A stretch of 64,000 bases of DNA, from NCBI GenBank assembly GCA_037447605.1, contig CM074806.1:1426001-1490000 (forward strand), read 5' to 3'. The DNA is from Zygnema circumcarinatum SAG 698-1b (taxonomy: Eukaryota; Plantae; Zygnematophyceae). Shown piece by piece: positions 14,110-26,076 of this stretch (its first letter is position 1; the number at the start of each line of letters is the position of its first letter). A model generated the notes under the pieces. It had not been told where the DNA came from, searched no databases, and saw only the letters and a list, made by a program, of their open reading frames with translations. A program made the translations under genes and the position numbers.

Positions 14110-14540
14110 GGCTGCTCCTCAGAGTGCCAGGAGCTGCGAAGCGTCGCCCGAAGCAGCCGTTGAGAGATGACTGTTGGGAGGCGCTCTGCGAAACGTCCGT
14201 TTCGCCTGCTGTTGCGGAGGGTGCCTCCGCCCGCCCTCCTCCCCCCTCCCTCCGCAGGAAGAGGAGAGAGAGAGAGAGGCGCAAAGCGTCCTCCATCCCT
14301 GCACGAGTTTCTGCTGGCCATGGCGGAAGGCCTAAGGCAGCATCCGACTGCATGTAGTTGCGCGTTCTGCAGCGTTAGGCAGAGATCGGCATGCGTGTGC
14401 TGCCCTTCCGACCGCCTGCATAACAGCAGGCTTGCGCATGTCGTTGGATGCCCGTGTTCGAGCGGGTGGTGAAGTGAAAATAAGGCAAGATTAGGGTAGC
14501 GGACCAGAGCAGCGTCAGGCTGCTCTTGTGGTAGGGCAGA

Positions 14541-17500
14541 ATGTGGTACTTTTACGCTCTGGCGTTGCCTGTCACACTGGGCATGGTTGTATATACGCTG
14601 CAACACTTCGCTTCTCCGAAGGTTTCTCGCCATGTTCGCCTCGTTGTGGCGTATGCATGGTTTATCAACATGTCCATCGTCGTTCTCGTTCCACTGGATG
14701 TTTGGACGGTATGCTCTCCTTCCTTCAAGGGCAACGCAGGCACTTTCAATAGATTAGAATTTTTTTTTATCGTGAAGGCGGATGTTTGGAATCAGGTGCA
14801 GGCATCTTTCAAGAATTGGCTCGTTTGCCCCTTTTTTCATTCTGCACTGCAGCCAGAGTTGAAAGCGAAAGGGGTGATAGTGTGTGCTGATCCTTCATTG
14901 AGGTTTTCTGCAGACGATATGTAGAGAGAGCCCTAAGGAAGGCCTGCCTTGCTCGAAGCGGCCCATCATTAATCTTCTTTGGAGCTTGGCCTACTGGAGT
15001 GCATTTTTTCTCACATGGTAAGCTCTTGTCAGGACTCAGCAGGAGGCCGATGAATATGCAGGTTGGGGCCGGACAGGCTTTTCAAATCTTTTTGTATAGT
15101 CTATCTACCAGTTTTCTTTGCGTGTGCTTCATTGAATTGAGCGCGGGTATGATTGTCGTTTTTTTCGCAGGCTTATAATACCGATGATGCAAGGCTATGA
15201 AGATGCTGCAGATTTCACATTTGGAAAGAGATTGAAGACGAGTGTACGAGGCAATTTAATTTTTTATTCTAGCGTAGGAGTTATCGGGTTTGTAGGTGCA
15301 ATCATTCTTCTTGCAACAAAGGAACTCGCATGGTGAGTGTTGGTAACTGTTGCAGAGTACTCATGTCATTTTAATTTTAGTGACATTGACAGGCTCTCCT
15401 GAGTCTGATTGGGATTCTATCCAACGATGAGGGAAACGGAGATTTTGTCAATATGGCCCAATCAGAGGCAGGAGGGCGAAGCGTGATGTCTTTCCTGGTC
15501 TTCAAGTAATTGTTCATAGCTAAAGCTCTGTATGGAAAAGTATCTTATCATGTTTAAAAAATAGTCTTAAGACGTACACTGCATTGCACCAAACAAATTT
15601 CCGTGTCGTTGAATACCACCATGTTTTATGCTCTCATCTATTAATGTTAGGATCACGTTATGGGGTTCTGACCCAACTTTCTCCGATCACAATCCAGGGA
15701 GAACCTTCTAGGTTTGGCCATTGGCGCCTCCAACGCTTTTGGGCTTGTCACTGGAGCTCTTCTCTTGGGCTTTGGCCTTGTGGAGCTTCCGAGAGGTCTT
15801 TGGCGGCATGCCAACTTGGATGAGCGTGCAAAGTGGCTTTCTCGCAAGGTCGCCAAAGTGGCTGAGAAGCTCGATCAGGCACACCAAGAGCTGTCCACCG
15901 CAGTAGTGGTGAGAAGAGAAACCAAGGACCTGTTCACTTGGAGATAGTTGTTTTCTAGAGGGCTTTGAGGATGGTGGCATCATGTGGCTCAACCTGAAGA
16001 TTTCAAGCAGAGCATGAGAGATGTTGTCTTGTTGGAGATGTCCGCCCTTACTGGCTCTGACTTCCTTTCCAGGTGTAGAAAGTGTTGAAGGGTCACGTTT
16101 AGCTAGGATTTCCCAGTGATAGTACAGTAAAATTCTGAATTTGTAAAGAATTTGCTTCAGAATTCGTTAGTGACCTGTGTACGCCCTGGGTTGGCCGAAC
16201 CTCTATTTATGCTCCTCCTTTCATCGGTTTGGGACAGATCACACAAGCAACTTCAACCCAAATGTCAAGAAGAGACCCTCTTCGGCCGATGATGGACATT
16301 ATTGATGCCATGGTATGCTCCTGAGTCCATGCCCTCTCGGCGGCGCTGGTTACATGACGGAAAATTGTTCAGATGTAAAGTGCAGCTTCTGTGAAGTAGC
16401 TTGCTGTAATTGATTTCCCTTCTTGGACAGCTATTTTGAATTGAATCCTGGTGTGTTTGCATTTTTCGCAAAATGTTCTGTTTGTAGTAATTGAACTAAA
16501 GCAATAGTGACAGGAACTTCAGCCGTTGCTTGATGATTTGTTGGATAGGCCAGTGAAGACCACACGTTCAAGCCATCAGGCGGCCGCCTTGGTGAGAACG
16601 ACATGGACTACGACACAGATGAAAAGTCTATGGCTGCACTTCGTTGGCGCTTACGGCATGCACAGGAGATGTACTCACGCTACAAGACGTGTGATTCTAT
16701 TCCCCTACTGGTGCTGGAACAGGGTGGTCAGTTTATCCTCGACGTAGATTTGCATGACGGAAATTGAGAAGGGAATTGGTATCTATGCGATCTCAAAAGT
16801 GGTCTGGAAGCTGCTCTAGCTATGTTCGAGATATCCTTTGATCGTTTGCCCCTCTGATGTCTCTGCTGTAAATTTTCTGAATTTCACTAAAGCCTGTGCA
16901 CTTTGTGATAGAAAACTAGGATTGTTCCGCATCATTCTGGTCCAATCCCGGTCTACATTCTTTCAGTATTGGGGCCATTTTGTTTTATTTATTTATTTAT
17001 TTTAAAATAGTTTTTTTTTTTTTTAGTTCTTAAGAGGCTGTTCTGGGTGGCTAGCCCGGTGTGGATTCGAATCCTCAGGGAGGTATATCACTGTTTACGG
17101 CTGATTTCTGTTGGGTGGGGTTTGTTTTGTCTGACAGGGAGTATACTGCAGTGGTTTGGAAAGCACTGGAGCTGGAAGATACCTTAAAGAACTGTAATGC
17201 AGATGACAGGTGAGGTCTACAGGAAGTATAGCGTTTTTGAATACGTGAATATTGGTAAATGACTGAGAATGAGAAACAGGACAAGTTTATGCACTGGAGT
17301 GCGTTTTTGCTTGCTCTTTTCTCAAATCAAGTGTTTTCAAACCATTTAAGATGCGGGGCGGCGGAAATTGGCAAACAGGCGGTTTGTACCACGGCTAAAG
17401 CCGCAGCGCAAGGGAGTGTTTGCACCTTTGCTGGACACAGCAGGTGGGAACTTCATTTGGATTTACTTGCTGTCTATTGAAAAGTTGCTAGGATATGCTG

Positions 17501-20271
17501 CGACAAATTCTGTAGGGCAAATTGTTGATCATCACTCTGCCCTCTGTTTTTTCTCGCGAAGTTTTGTAGAAATTGTTCTGTCAACTACTGCAATGGAGGG
17601 ATTCCCAAGACTTCATACTGTATGTGTAAACCATAACCCTTTCAATAGTGGGCTTGTGGGGTTGCAGAGTGGATGTGGCGATGCGTGGTCCGTCAGCAAT
17701 TAACGCGCCTTTTTGCATTGGTCTTTGGGATTATGTCAGTTGCCACTATTTTTGCAGAAGCCACGATGCTTTCGCAGGAATGGGTCGATCTGTCACTCTT
17801 CTCAATTCTTGTACGCTCTGCTGGACTGCGGCAGGAGGTTGTCCAGGTATGTACTTCCGCTAAGAACCTGCGCATGTCTATTGAACTATTTGAGCTGTTT
17901 GAACCTGCAGTGATAGGGGGAGCTTCAATCTGAAGAGACTGGCTGCTCTGGATATTTCAGTGCCAAAGGCATGTCTTGTAACCTTTATGGGGCATATGGA
18001 GGGCGTTAATCAGCTGTTGGTCTTTGTACCTCTGGTCTACATATGCGTTTGTACCTACTTCTCAGTGTTTAAATTGGGCATGTTCTCTTTCTACTACCTC
18101 GTGCCACATCACACCGACTCCGTCAGCCTTCTCATGAACTGCTCGTAAGTGTTCAATGCAATGAAGCATACATTAGCTGAACCCTTAACTTCTCCTTACC
18201 TTGGTGCTATTTTGACCCTCTGAGCTTCCACCCCACTGCAGCATGGCACAGAGTACTTTGCTGCCTCTCTGTTTGTCATTTCCTGCAACATATGCGCCTG
18301 TTAACTGCTGGAGATGCTTGCACGCGAGGATTCAACCACCTCTCTTCCTCTTAGCCAGCAATTAGGAGTGCCCGGAGGATTAAAGCAGCGCAACTGTTAA
18401 GTTGATTTAAACTCAATGAAGTGCTCTAACATGCTTTTTTTCTCTTGCTCCATGTAGTATGGTGTCTCGTTATGCAGCCCCAATGTGCTATAACTTCCTC
18501 AGTCTCATTCATCTCACCCATTACAACAGGAAAACTGGCAAGTTTGAGAACCTCAGTACTGTTTTTGAAGAGGTCAGTTCATTCATTCACGCTTTTTCTC
18601 CAACAGGCCTCCCTTTTTGTGGGAACTTTTGCTGAGGCGCAGCCACAGGGTTTTTGACGCTCCCTACAACAGTTACTAGGCTTGAAATTGCTTTATTGAT
18701 ATTCATGTGTGTGATGAAATGTGCAGCGGATGAGTGTCCTTCCGGAGGAGTATGAACGTATTTACCCACTAGTTATGGTTGTGTGGTGCCTCTTAATTAC
18801 GAGCAATGTCCACAACCGCATTATAGATGTATTTGGGAGTTGGCGCCGCTTCCGTTTTGAGAGTGATGGCGATTTGGGCGAGAATGATGGGTCTTCTACA
18901 GCAGGCCTCATCATCCTTCGCAGAGGTAAAGCCAATACCCACGTGCTCTGCCCTCCATTCCCTTTGGCATTCATCTGTCCGCCCGTTTCTCCGATTGTGC
19001 GATCGGCCGGAAAGTAGACAATTTGCCGATGGTGCCTCTTTCTTGCTCAAATTGTTTCAGAACGAGCAACTCTGGAACGCGGTATGGCGATTGGGGAAAA
19101 CGTAGTCCCATTGGCACGGCATTTTGCCAGCGGAGACGATCTTGAATCGAGCCTTCCAACTGCGGTGAGGACACACTTTTGATGCCCACATCTTCAAATA
19201 AACTGATAAACTGATTAAACTAATTGGGTTTGTTGCATATTGGCATATCTGCATGGGCGAACAGTGGGGTTCAAGCGTCAGTCAGATGGAACCTGACAAC
19301 GCTGAGCTGTAATTGACGTAGTCAAGAGAAAGCTGGCATCGTTTGAAGTAACAAAACCTGAATTTACCTCGCTACTATTCATGCTCGACATTAGCCCAGA
19401 ATCATAATTCGACCGACATGGTCGGCTGACCTTTTCAGTCATGTCTTTCCTTGTGGTGCTCAACTAAATGATATGAGTCTTCATACAGCCACTGAAGGCT
19501 GTGCTAATCACATAGGCCGATGATGGATTTTCATGGCGAGCTTGTTTTAGAGTTTCATAAGGTCGTCAGGGTGTCTGGATGACTTAGCATCAGTTGGACT
19601 CACAATTTTTTTTTGGATGTTTGCATCGACAGCCCGAGGCAACGAACAAGGAGAAAAAACTGCTCGTAGCTCCTGCCCCTCCAGTCAGTGCCGGCACACT
19701 CCCACCAATGTCCGGCCTCTATGCCACTCTTAAGGAGGCTGCACCTCGGTTGGCGTCAATCTCAACTCGCGATGAAGGGAGTGGCACGAGGTCATCTCTA
19801 CGAGATGGAAACCACAAAATTATCGCTGGCAAGTATGCAGCTTTGCGAGAGGGATCAAAAACGTTTCCACCTTTGGAAGACGCCTTCGACCTGAACCCGA
19901 GGGTAGGTAGTCGGACATCAACCGACCGCCCACTTTCACGGGATTATTCTTACAATAACCTTCAAAAGGCCATGCAGCCTGAAGCCAGGTCGCCTCCATT
20001 AACATCACCGAGGAGACACGAGGCAGAAGGGCTGCTTGAGAGGCAGTGGGATGTGATGAAGAGCAAGCTGCAGGGCCTGGCTATTTGGAGGGGTGAGGCT
20101 GATGCCCTAGGCAACCAGAACAGTGCAGACACGGCTCCAAATTTAGACCATATATTTGAGGGATTACGAGCAGGGCGACGAACAGTCCGGGATGAAGACG
20201 ATGATCCCGAAGACACGAGCTACAGCCTGCTACACACGGGGCAAAAAGGGGGCAAAGGGACCTTCAGATAG
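14541..20271 (+). CDS. LMBR1-domain membrane protein (LMBRD2-like, multi-exon)
   Basis: N-terminal TM helices; LWSLAYWSAFFLTW; MMQGYEDAADF; AFGLVTGALLLGFGLVELPR; GGRLGENDMDYDTDEKSM; SVATIFAEAT; YLVPHHTDSVSLLMNCS; low-complexity tail ending at 20271. Confidence 0.9.
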
Positions 20272-21118
20272 ATCAGGATCTTATTCAATGCCATCCATTA
20301 TGGCACCTAATGAGGGATGCAAATAATGCTGGCCTGCAGCAGATGGCGCCTGCAGGTCGCCGGATAGAGGCACACCCGTTTGGTTTAACATGGGGCCAGT
20401 TGTGTAAGTTTGGTAGCTTTACGAACTATGTACATTCTCACTTGTGATTTTTTTCATGTACTCCCGGTAGCAAGATTTTGCAGTGGTGTCACAACATATT
20501 TTTGTATGGTTTTGCCTTGACTTTATGAAGTTGAGTGGTGCCATTTACACTAATCAGTTGTTCAGCATTAAGCACGTCCTTCGTCACCACAACTTGTCCT
20601 TGAACATCCAAATACGTCATGTGCGAATAGTTCACAAGGCTTACAAGACTAGTCAGGACAGAATGGGACCAATTAAACATCAGTTTTGTTTATTCAATGT
20701 CTAACGTGGCCGTCAACAGAACAAAAAAAATGCAAAAAATGAAAATAATAACTAAACAAAACTGCCTACGGTTAGCAGCGGTTGAATTCCTAAAAAAATG
20801 GAGCCGGCTGCGAGTGATGAACGCTCTAAAAATCCACCACCGTGCGACCTGCTAACAAAGGTAGCGCTTAGGGAGGGACCTGCAACAGGGCTTCCGGTCC
20901 CTGGCTTCTCACGTCAGTCGCCAAAAATGACCTGTCTCACCTTCAGACAGTTTCAGGCATGATACAATATTCTAAGCATGACACTACCGAATGTAATCCT
21001 CTAGGCAAGACACTTCACCAAATGTGCAGAGTAACTCTAATTTCACCACTTATATCTAAGCACCCTCAATCCGTTATTTAAAGCCTCTGACCCGCGCCTC
21101 GCTATAAGGCGCTTATTT

Positions 21119-21879
21119 TCAAGATTTTTTTTTCTCCGACTGCCTGAAGCCCTTCCTTCGCTCCAAGCCTCCTTGGGCCTTTTCTGCGAGAGGCTCCTCG
21201 CCTGCCAGGGACAATTCGCCAACGTTGTCTTTCGCAACGATTTTCCCTTCCACTCCTTTCTCGGCCTCGGCGGAATGCGTCTTTGGCAAATTCTTACCGC
21301 CGAAATACCGATCGATCCACAAAAGCTCAAGCCATAGATCAGGCTTCGCCTGCGCCGCACGTATGGCTGCAAAGAAGGTGAGGACCTTGAAAGGTCCATC
21401 AATATGGCTGATGATAGCTTTGTACCAGCCATGGGCGCAGTACCAGCTATAGTCGCAGAAGGGCAGCGCAGCGCAGAGGATGACGAGTTGCGGGACCAAA
21501 CCAAAGGCCACCAGAGCCACCAGCACTGCGGCTACACGCCTTCTCCAACTCGCATCCTCGCGACTGGAGCCGTCTGAGAGACGAGAATGGAGCCGACGTG
21601 AGATTTTTTCACATTTGGAAGAAGATAGCTGATTAAAGCGCCTCCAACGCACGAAGTAACCCTAAAAAGCCACTCACCTTGCAGATGCCAAAGATAGACG
21701 CCAGCTGTCAGCGTATCCTCATCCGTGTAGGCCTGCGGGGCGCTCTGCAGTACGCCCTGCGCTCCGGTGCGCCGCTGGAGCGCCTCTCGCACTTCCCGCG
21801 CGCTCTGCGGCGCCGCGAAGCGCAGCAGCGGCTCCCCCGCCCTCCCGCGCACCTCGATGCCGCCCCCCGCCATGGCCAT
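21119..21879 (-). CDS. Two-exon hypothetical membrane protein
   Basis: Exon 1 (21678-21879) gives MAMAGGGIEV…LTAGVYLWHLQ with a GTGAGT donor. Acceptor TCTCAG; exon 2 (21119-21573) continues in phase (G|AC=Asp) with a hydrophobic segment VAAVLVALVAFGLVPQLVILCAALPF and a charged tail. Confidence 0.7.
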
Positions 21880-22799
21880 GGCCGCGCCAGCTCGCTCGCG
21901 CCCGCCCGCCGTCCGCACGCTCTGCCTCGACCCAACCGGAGGAGAAGGTCCCTGCCTCCATGTGTCGCCGCTGACGGGGGCGTTTCACGCTCCGTCTAAC
22001 AATCGACAAGGAACTTGATCGGTGCAGGGCGTGCGACGTTGAAGGGTACGGAGTACCATGTCCGGACGCTCGAGCTTTTGAATTTGTCGCTTTCCAGGGG
22101 CATTGGCGAATGCCACGTGGATCCATTTCGTTTCGTTTTTAGCTGGAGATTGGGCAACCGTACAGCCACGATGGCGCGTCACGGACCAATCAGTAGCCAC
22201 CGGCCGAAAGTTGTATACAGTATTTGTCGTTTGCGGAGAGGTACGATATATCGCAATCTTGGCAGCGTATCGGATGTGACCGACAGATACAGGACTTTCC
22301 CGTCGTCGCCTCTGCCGCACCGTCACCTCGCCGTCGGCCGGCCGGCAGAGTTGGTGTACCAATTCGTACGGTCCCGGCGACCTCTGTGGCTCTGTCCATG
22401 GCAGCCGATCGATGCGTCCGCAAGGCCGCGATATTTTCGCCCTCGTCTCAAAACGACAAAGTTGGCGCCCTCTTGCCTCTTGGCCGGACGTGGTCGGTGG
22501 CTGCTGATTGGCAGCTGACTCTGTACGAATATTTTGTCTTTAGGGAGAGGATAAGGGGAGGGGTTGACCGCGGCGGCCGGGAAGAAAAATCGCGACCGAA
22601 ACTGCAGGGGGTGCCGTACGGTTACAGACCGTCCAGTCCGACTGTAAGAAACCAGCATGGAGTTGCCGTACATATAACATTTCTTGTCCGGGTAACTCTA
22701 CTGCACCCCCGCGTTTTGTCTTTCGCACCCCCCTTTTGAAAATTTTGCCTGCCCGTTTTGGTTCCCCCCAGTTTTGAATTATTTCGGGAAAAAATATTT

Positions 22800-23075
22800 T
22801 TCCCGCCCCTCCCGTCCCCTCCGCTCCCGCCCCTCTCCCCTCCCCTCCCCTCGCCTCCCCTCCCTTGCCCTGTCCTCCCCGGCCCTCCCCTCCCGCCCGC
22901 TCCCCTCCCCTCCCCTCCCTTCCCCTCCCCTGCCCTGCCCTCCCTCCCTCCCCTCCCCTCCCCTCCCCTCCCCTCCCTCCCTCCCTCCCTCCCTCCCTTC
23001 CCTCCCCTCCCTCCCTCCCTCCCTCCCTCCTCCCTCCCTCCCTCCCTCCCTCCCTCCCCTCCCCTCCCCTCCCTT
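22800..23075. repeat. C-rich low-complexity tract (CCCCT/CCCT units), partly in the left TIR; G-rich mirror at 23505-23670
   Basis: Direct reading of the sequence. It explains the Pro-rich and Gly/Arg-rich ORFs in the track. Confidence 0.95.
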
Positions 23076-23160
23076 CCTCTTTTTCTGGACATTCCACCCC
23101 CTCGTTTTCTCCTTTTCACTATTGACTTCCAACAATGTGCGACAAAAGAAAAGGGGATTT

Positions 23161-23260
23161 GCATTGGTCTCAAGATGGTGAGGCCATCAAATAAACATGG
23201 ACAAAGTCAACATGGGAACCACAAGAAATTGGTCGCAAAAGAACCAAGCACAAAATAAAA
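23161..23260 (+). repeat. Dispersed ~100-bp repeat, copy A (inside the MULE)
   Basis: GCATTGGTCTCAAGATGG…GCCATCAAAT…CATGG…GGAACCAC…TGGTCGCAAA aligns by eye with 62761-62870 (same strand) and with 46031-46120 and 46183-46272 (opposite strand). Confidence 0.8.
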
Positions 23261-24121
23261 AACCTAGGAGCAAAAAACTAAACTAAACTAATCTTAAGCG
23301 CAACAACGCAGCCTTAAACGCAGCTGCAAAGGTCACCAATGTTGGGCAACAGTTACTCTCTGTTTTCAGGTTAGGATGCCGATCTTGATGTGAACTCCTT
23401 CGTGCTTGTAGTGCTCGGTGACGACTTGTACGAGCTCATCGCGGGTCTCATACTCAGTTGGTAGCATTTTTATGGACATTGCAAACCGAGAAGAGGAGAG
23501 ACGAGGAGGGGAGGGCAAGGGAGGGCAAGGGAGGGCAGGGCAGGGGAGGGGAAGGGAGGGGAGGGGAGGGGAGCGGGCGGGAGGGGAGGGCCGGGGAGGA
23601 CAGGGCAAGGGAGGGGAGGCGAGGGGAGGGGAGGGGAGAGGGGCGGGAGCGGAGGGGACGGGAGGGGCGGGAAAAAGATTTTTTCCCGAAATAATTCAAA
23701 ACTGGGGGGAACCAAAACGGGCAGGCAAAATTTTCAAAAGGGGGGTGCGAAAGACAAAACGCGGGGGTGCAGTAGAGTTACCCTTCTTGTCCAGCCCCAC
23801 TGTCCGTACGAAAAGGTACATATTCAAGTGTACGGCGATTTTTTGCTGAAATTTCCCGCGCTGCCCGGAAGGCTGCTAACCACCTCTGCGCTAGCCACGT
23901 GGCCAATAGTCTGACCTGGAAAAAATACGCTGACGTCATTCCGCCGCGTCCCGCTCTCTGTCAGCGTCGTGACCCGCTTAGTGCACTTGTCACGGTGCCA
24001 CGTGGTAGTCTCACCTGTCGCGTTGCCCGCTCTTGCGTCCTCTACATGCGCCATGGCTGCGGAAGCAGGGGCCTAGCGGCTGCTGCTCTCTTTTGTATTA
24101 TACATATTTTTTTCCCCAGCC

Positions 24122-25095
24122 ATGGCGGGCTGCAGCACTTCCTTGGAGCCTCTCTGGAGGGAAAACCTCCTCTCTCCCCCTTGCGCTTCCTCCCTCCCTG
24201 GACTAATGACGGCGAGGGGATCCCTCACTCTCAGAGGACGTCCACGGAGGAGTTTTTGTCGTGCAGCGTTGGAGGCAGGAGGGGAGAAGCAGGTGGTGAC
24301 GAGCGGGGAGGGAGAGGTGAAGGTGCATAACGAAGGTGCGGAGCGAGTGTGGAAGAGGGCCGCTGAGGGGAACGGTGCTGTCCTAGATAGCAGCTCGTCA
24401 CAGGTAAGCTTCTCAAGAGTTGACTCTTCAAGCTTCCTTTTCACTGCGGTGGGTTGGAATTGACTCTGGACGTCCTGCAGGGGCTGTTGGCGCCATCAGA
24501 GAACGCAGCGCTGGAGAGGAGGGCGTTGGAGGGGCTGGCGGAGGTCCTTCTGCGCGTAGGGGAGAGGGCCGCCGTGCGAGGGATGGGCGTCGCTCGGAGG
24601 TCGTTTGAGGGCGAGCTCTTCTCCCTGACTCTCCCTCTGGTCGGAGGGCTGCTCGTGCTCTCCCTCGCCCTCGAGGACTGGAAGAGCGCGCAGGAGGAGC
24701 GCGCCCACAGCAACTGGAAGGCGTATGCGGCCTTCATGGTGGCCTTTTTGTGCGACCTCTCTGACGGACTCGCCCATGCGGTGAGCTCTTTCTGACAAGG
24801 CGGTATGCTGGAAACGTTAAATGGCAGCCATGCAGGCATACATTTGCGTGTACAAGGCAGCGGATGCGAGGAGCTCCCCTTGGGTACATGGTTGCAAGCC
24901 TTGCAGGTGGTGGGGATTGATCTGCTTGAGGAGAAGCTCGGCTTTGGCGTGGACCTGGCCGATTCCGTCATCGAATTTGTGGAGTACTTTGGGCTCGCGG
25001 CGGCGCTCGTATCGACCGTGGCCGCCGTGACGGGGGAGGTTCTGACAAAGAAGGATTCGCCGCAAGCTTTGAAAGGAGCAAAATGCAAAGTCTGA
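24122..25095 (+). CDS. Hypothetical protein, possible plastid transit peptide and hydrophobic helices (3 exons)
   Basis: Exons 24122-24403 (GTAAG donor), 24481-24780 (GTGAG donor) and 24907-25095 join in phase 0. The N-terminus is Ser/Arg-rich. The 3' end is uncertain and further exons are possible. Confidence 0.6.
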
Positions 25096-26076
25096 TGAAG
25101 GGGAGAAAAAGTGTTTGTGGCTACCGGTTACAGGCTTCGAATATTTAAGTGGAAGGTGCACGCGCATTTTAATCCCAAAAGTGTACTGTTTATTGCTAGC
25201 TGTCGCAAAGTCGTCCGGTAGAAAATGTCCTGCGCGAAAGATCTTACGCAGAACTGGCAGTATGTGCAACTTCGGCTTGTCATAGCAGGGCAATTCTTGC
25301 ATAGTTCATTGCAAACTACAATATATTTCAAATTTCTTTGACTGACTTTTTAAGTTTACTGGTTTTTCACATTCAGCTCGAAAGACCCGTTGTACGTAAT
25401 CATTTATCTATGCAATGGGTTTTTTTACGACGCCTGTACACCGCTCTCATCGCCCGCTTTTCCTTGGATTTCACGACAGCTCCATTCCAAAAGCCTACAG
25501 AGGGCTGGCTGGTTCCACAAGAACTCCCTTGAACCATGGCAGTTGAGCGTGCTACTGTGAGGGAGCATCAGAAAGAGATCAAACAGGTCACATTTCTGCC
25601 AAGCCGGCACAGGGACGGCTAGCAGTAACGCACAGACTTGGGCTAGGACCATTTCCTGTGCACAAGGTGAGCACCTTGTGTTCAACGACTCTGCACATGT
25701 GAGCTAGCTGTTGAACTGTACGCTTCTCTGCAGGCGGACATGCCCCGCGTTACTTTCCGCGTCTTGACCTATTGAATGCCGCTGACTAGGAACCTGGAGG
25801 TGGGGATTAGGTCAACTGACAGAATCACATCCCTTAAGAACTCTTTCAATTCAAAATCATGAGATTTCCACGTTCCTTGTAAAGCCGAAAAGGAAGAAGG
25901 ATGACACTCATCCTAAAAAATGCAGAACAAAACACAGGGAAAATGCTGCCATGCCCTTCACCACACCGCGCCAGGACGATGTCCATGGAAAGTACAATGC
26001 TCACTGCGAAATCTGAAAGCTGGAATATCCTTGAATTTGCTCAATTGCTGAACCAAGGTACAAGAAGATTCTGCTT

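Larger units (their letters stand above)
22690..23783. mobile_element. Non-autonomous Mutator-like (MULE) DNA transposon, 1094 bp
   Basis: Inverted termini GGGTAACTCTACTGCACCCCC… and …GGGGGTGCAGTAGAGTTACCC. TIRs are about 255 bp (22690-22944 and 23529-23783; one mismatch seen by eye). Flanked by a perfect 9-bp direct repeat TTCTTGTCC (22681-22689 and 23784-23792). Long TIRs, G..C ends and a 9-bp TSD are typical of Mutator. Confidence 0.92.

Noticed and set aside
17063-17074. GGATTCGAATCC (tRNA B-box-like) near a poly-T tract in an LMBR1 intron
   Set aside because: No A-box at the proper spacing, no cloverleaf and no TSD, so it cannot be called a tRNA or SINE.
20814-20960. Box C-like GTGATGA plus a GGGACC/GGTCCC hairpin, a possible snoRNA
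   Set aside because: No box D (CTGA) at a suitable distance and no terminal stem; it lies between convergent 3' ends.
22540-23849. Many Pro-rich and Gly/Arg/Glu-rich ORFs (extensin-like)
   Set aside because: They are translations of the stop-free CCCCT/GGGGA repeat within the MULE.
24793-24795. Single in-frame TGA between two ORFs, suggesting selenocysteine or readthrough
   Set aside because: A GTGAG donor at 24781 and a TTGCAG acceptor at 24906 remove it in a normal 126-nt phase-0 intron.
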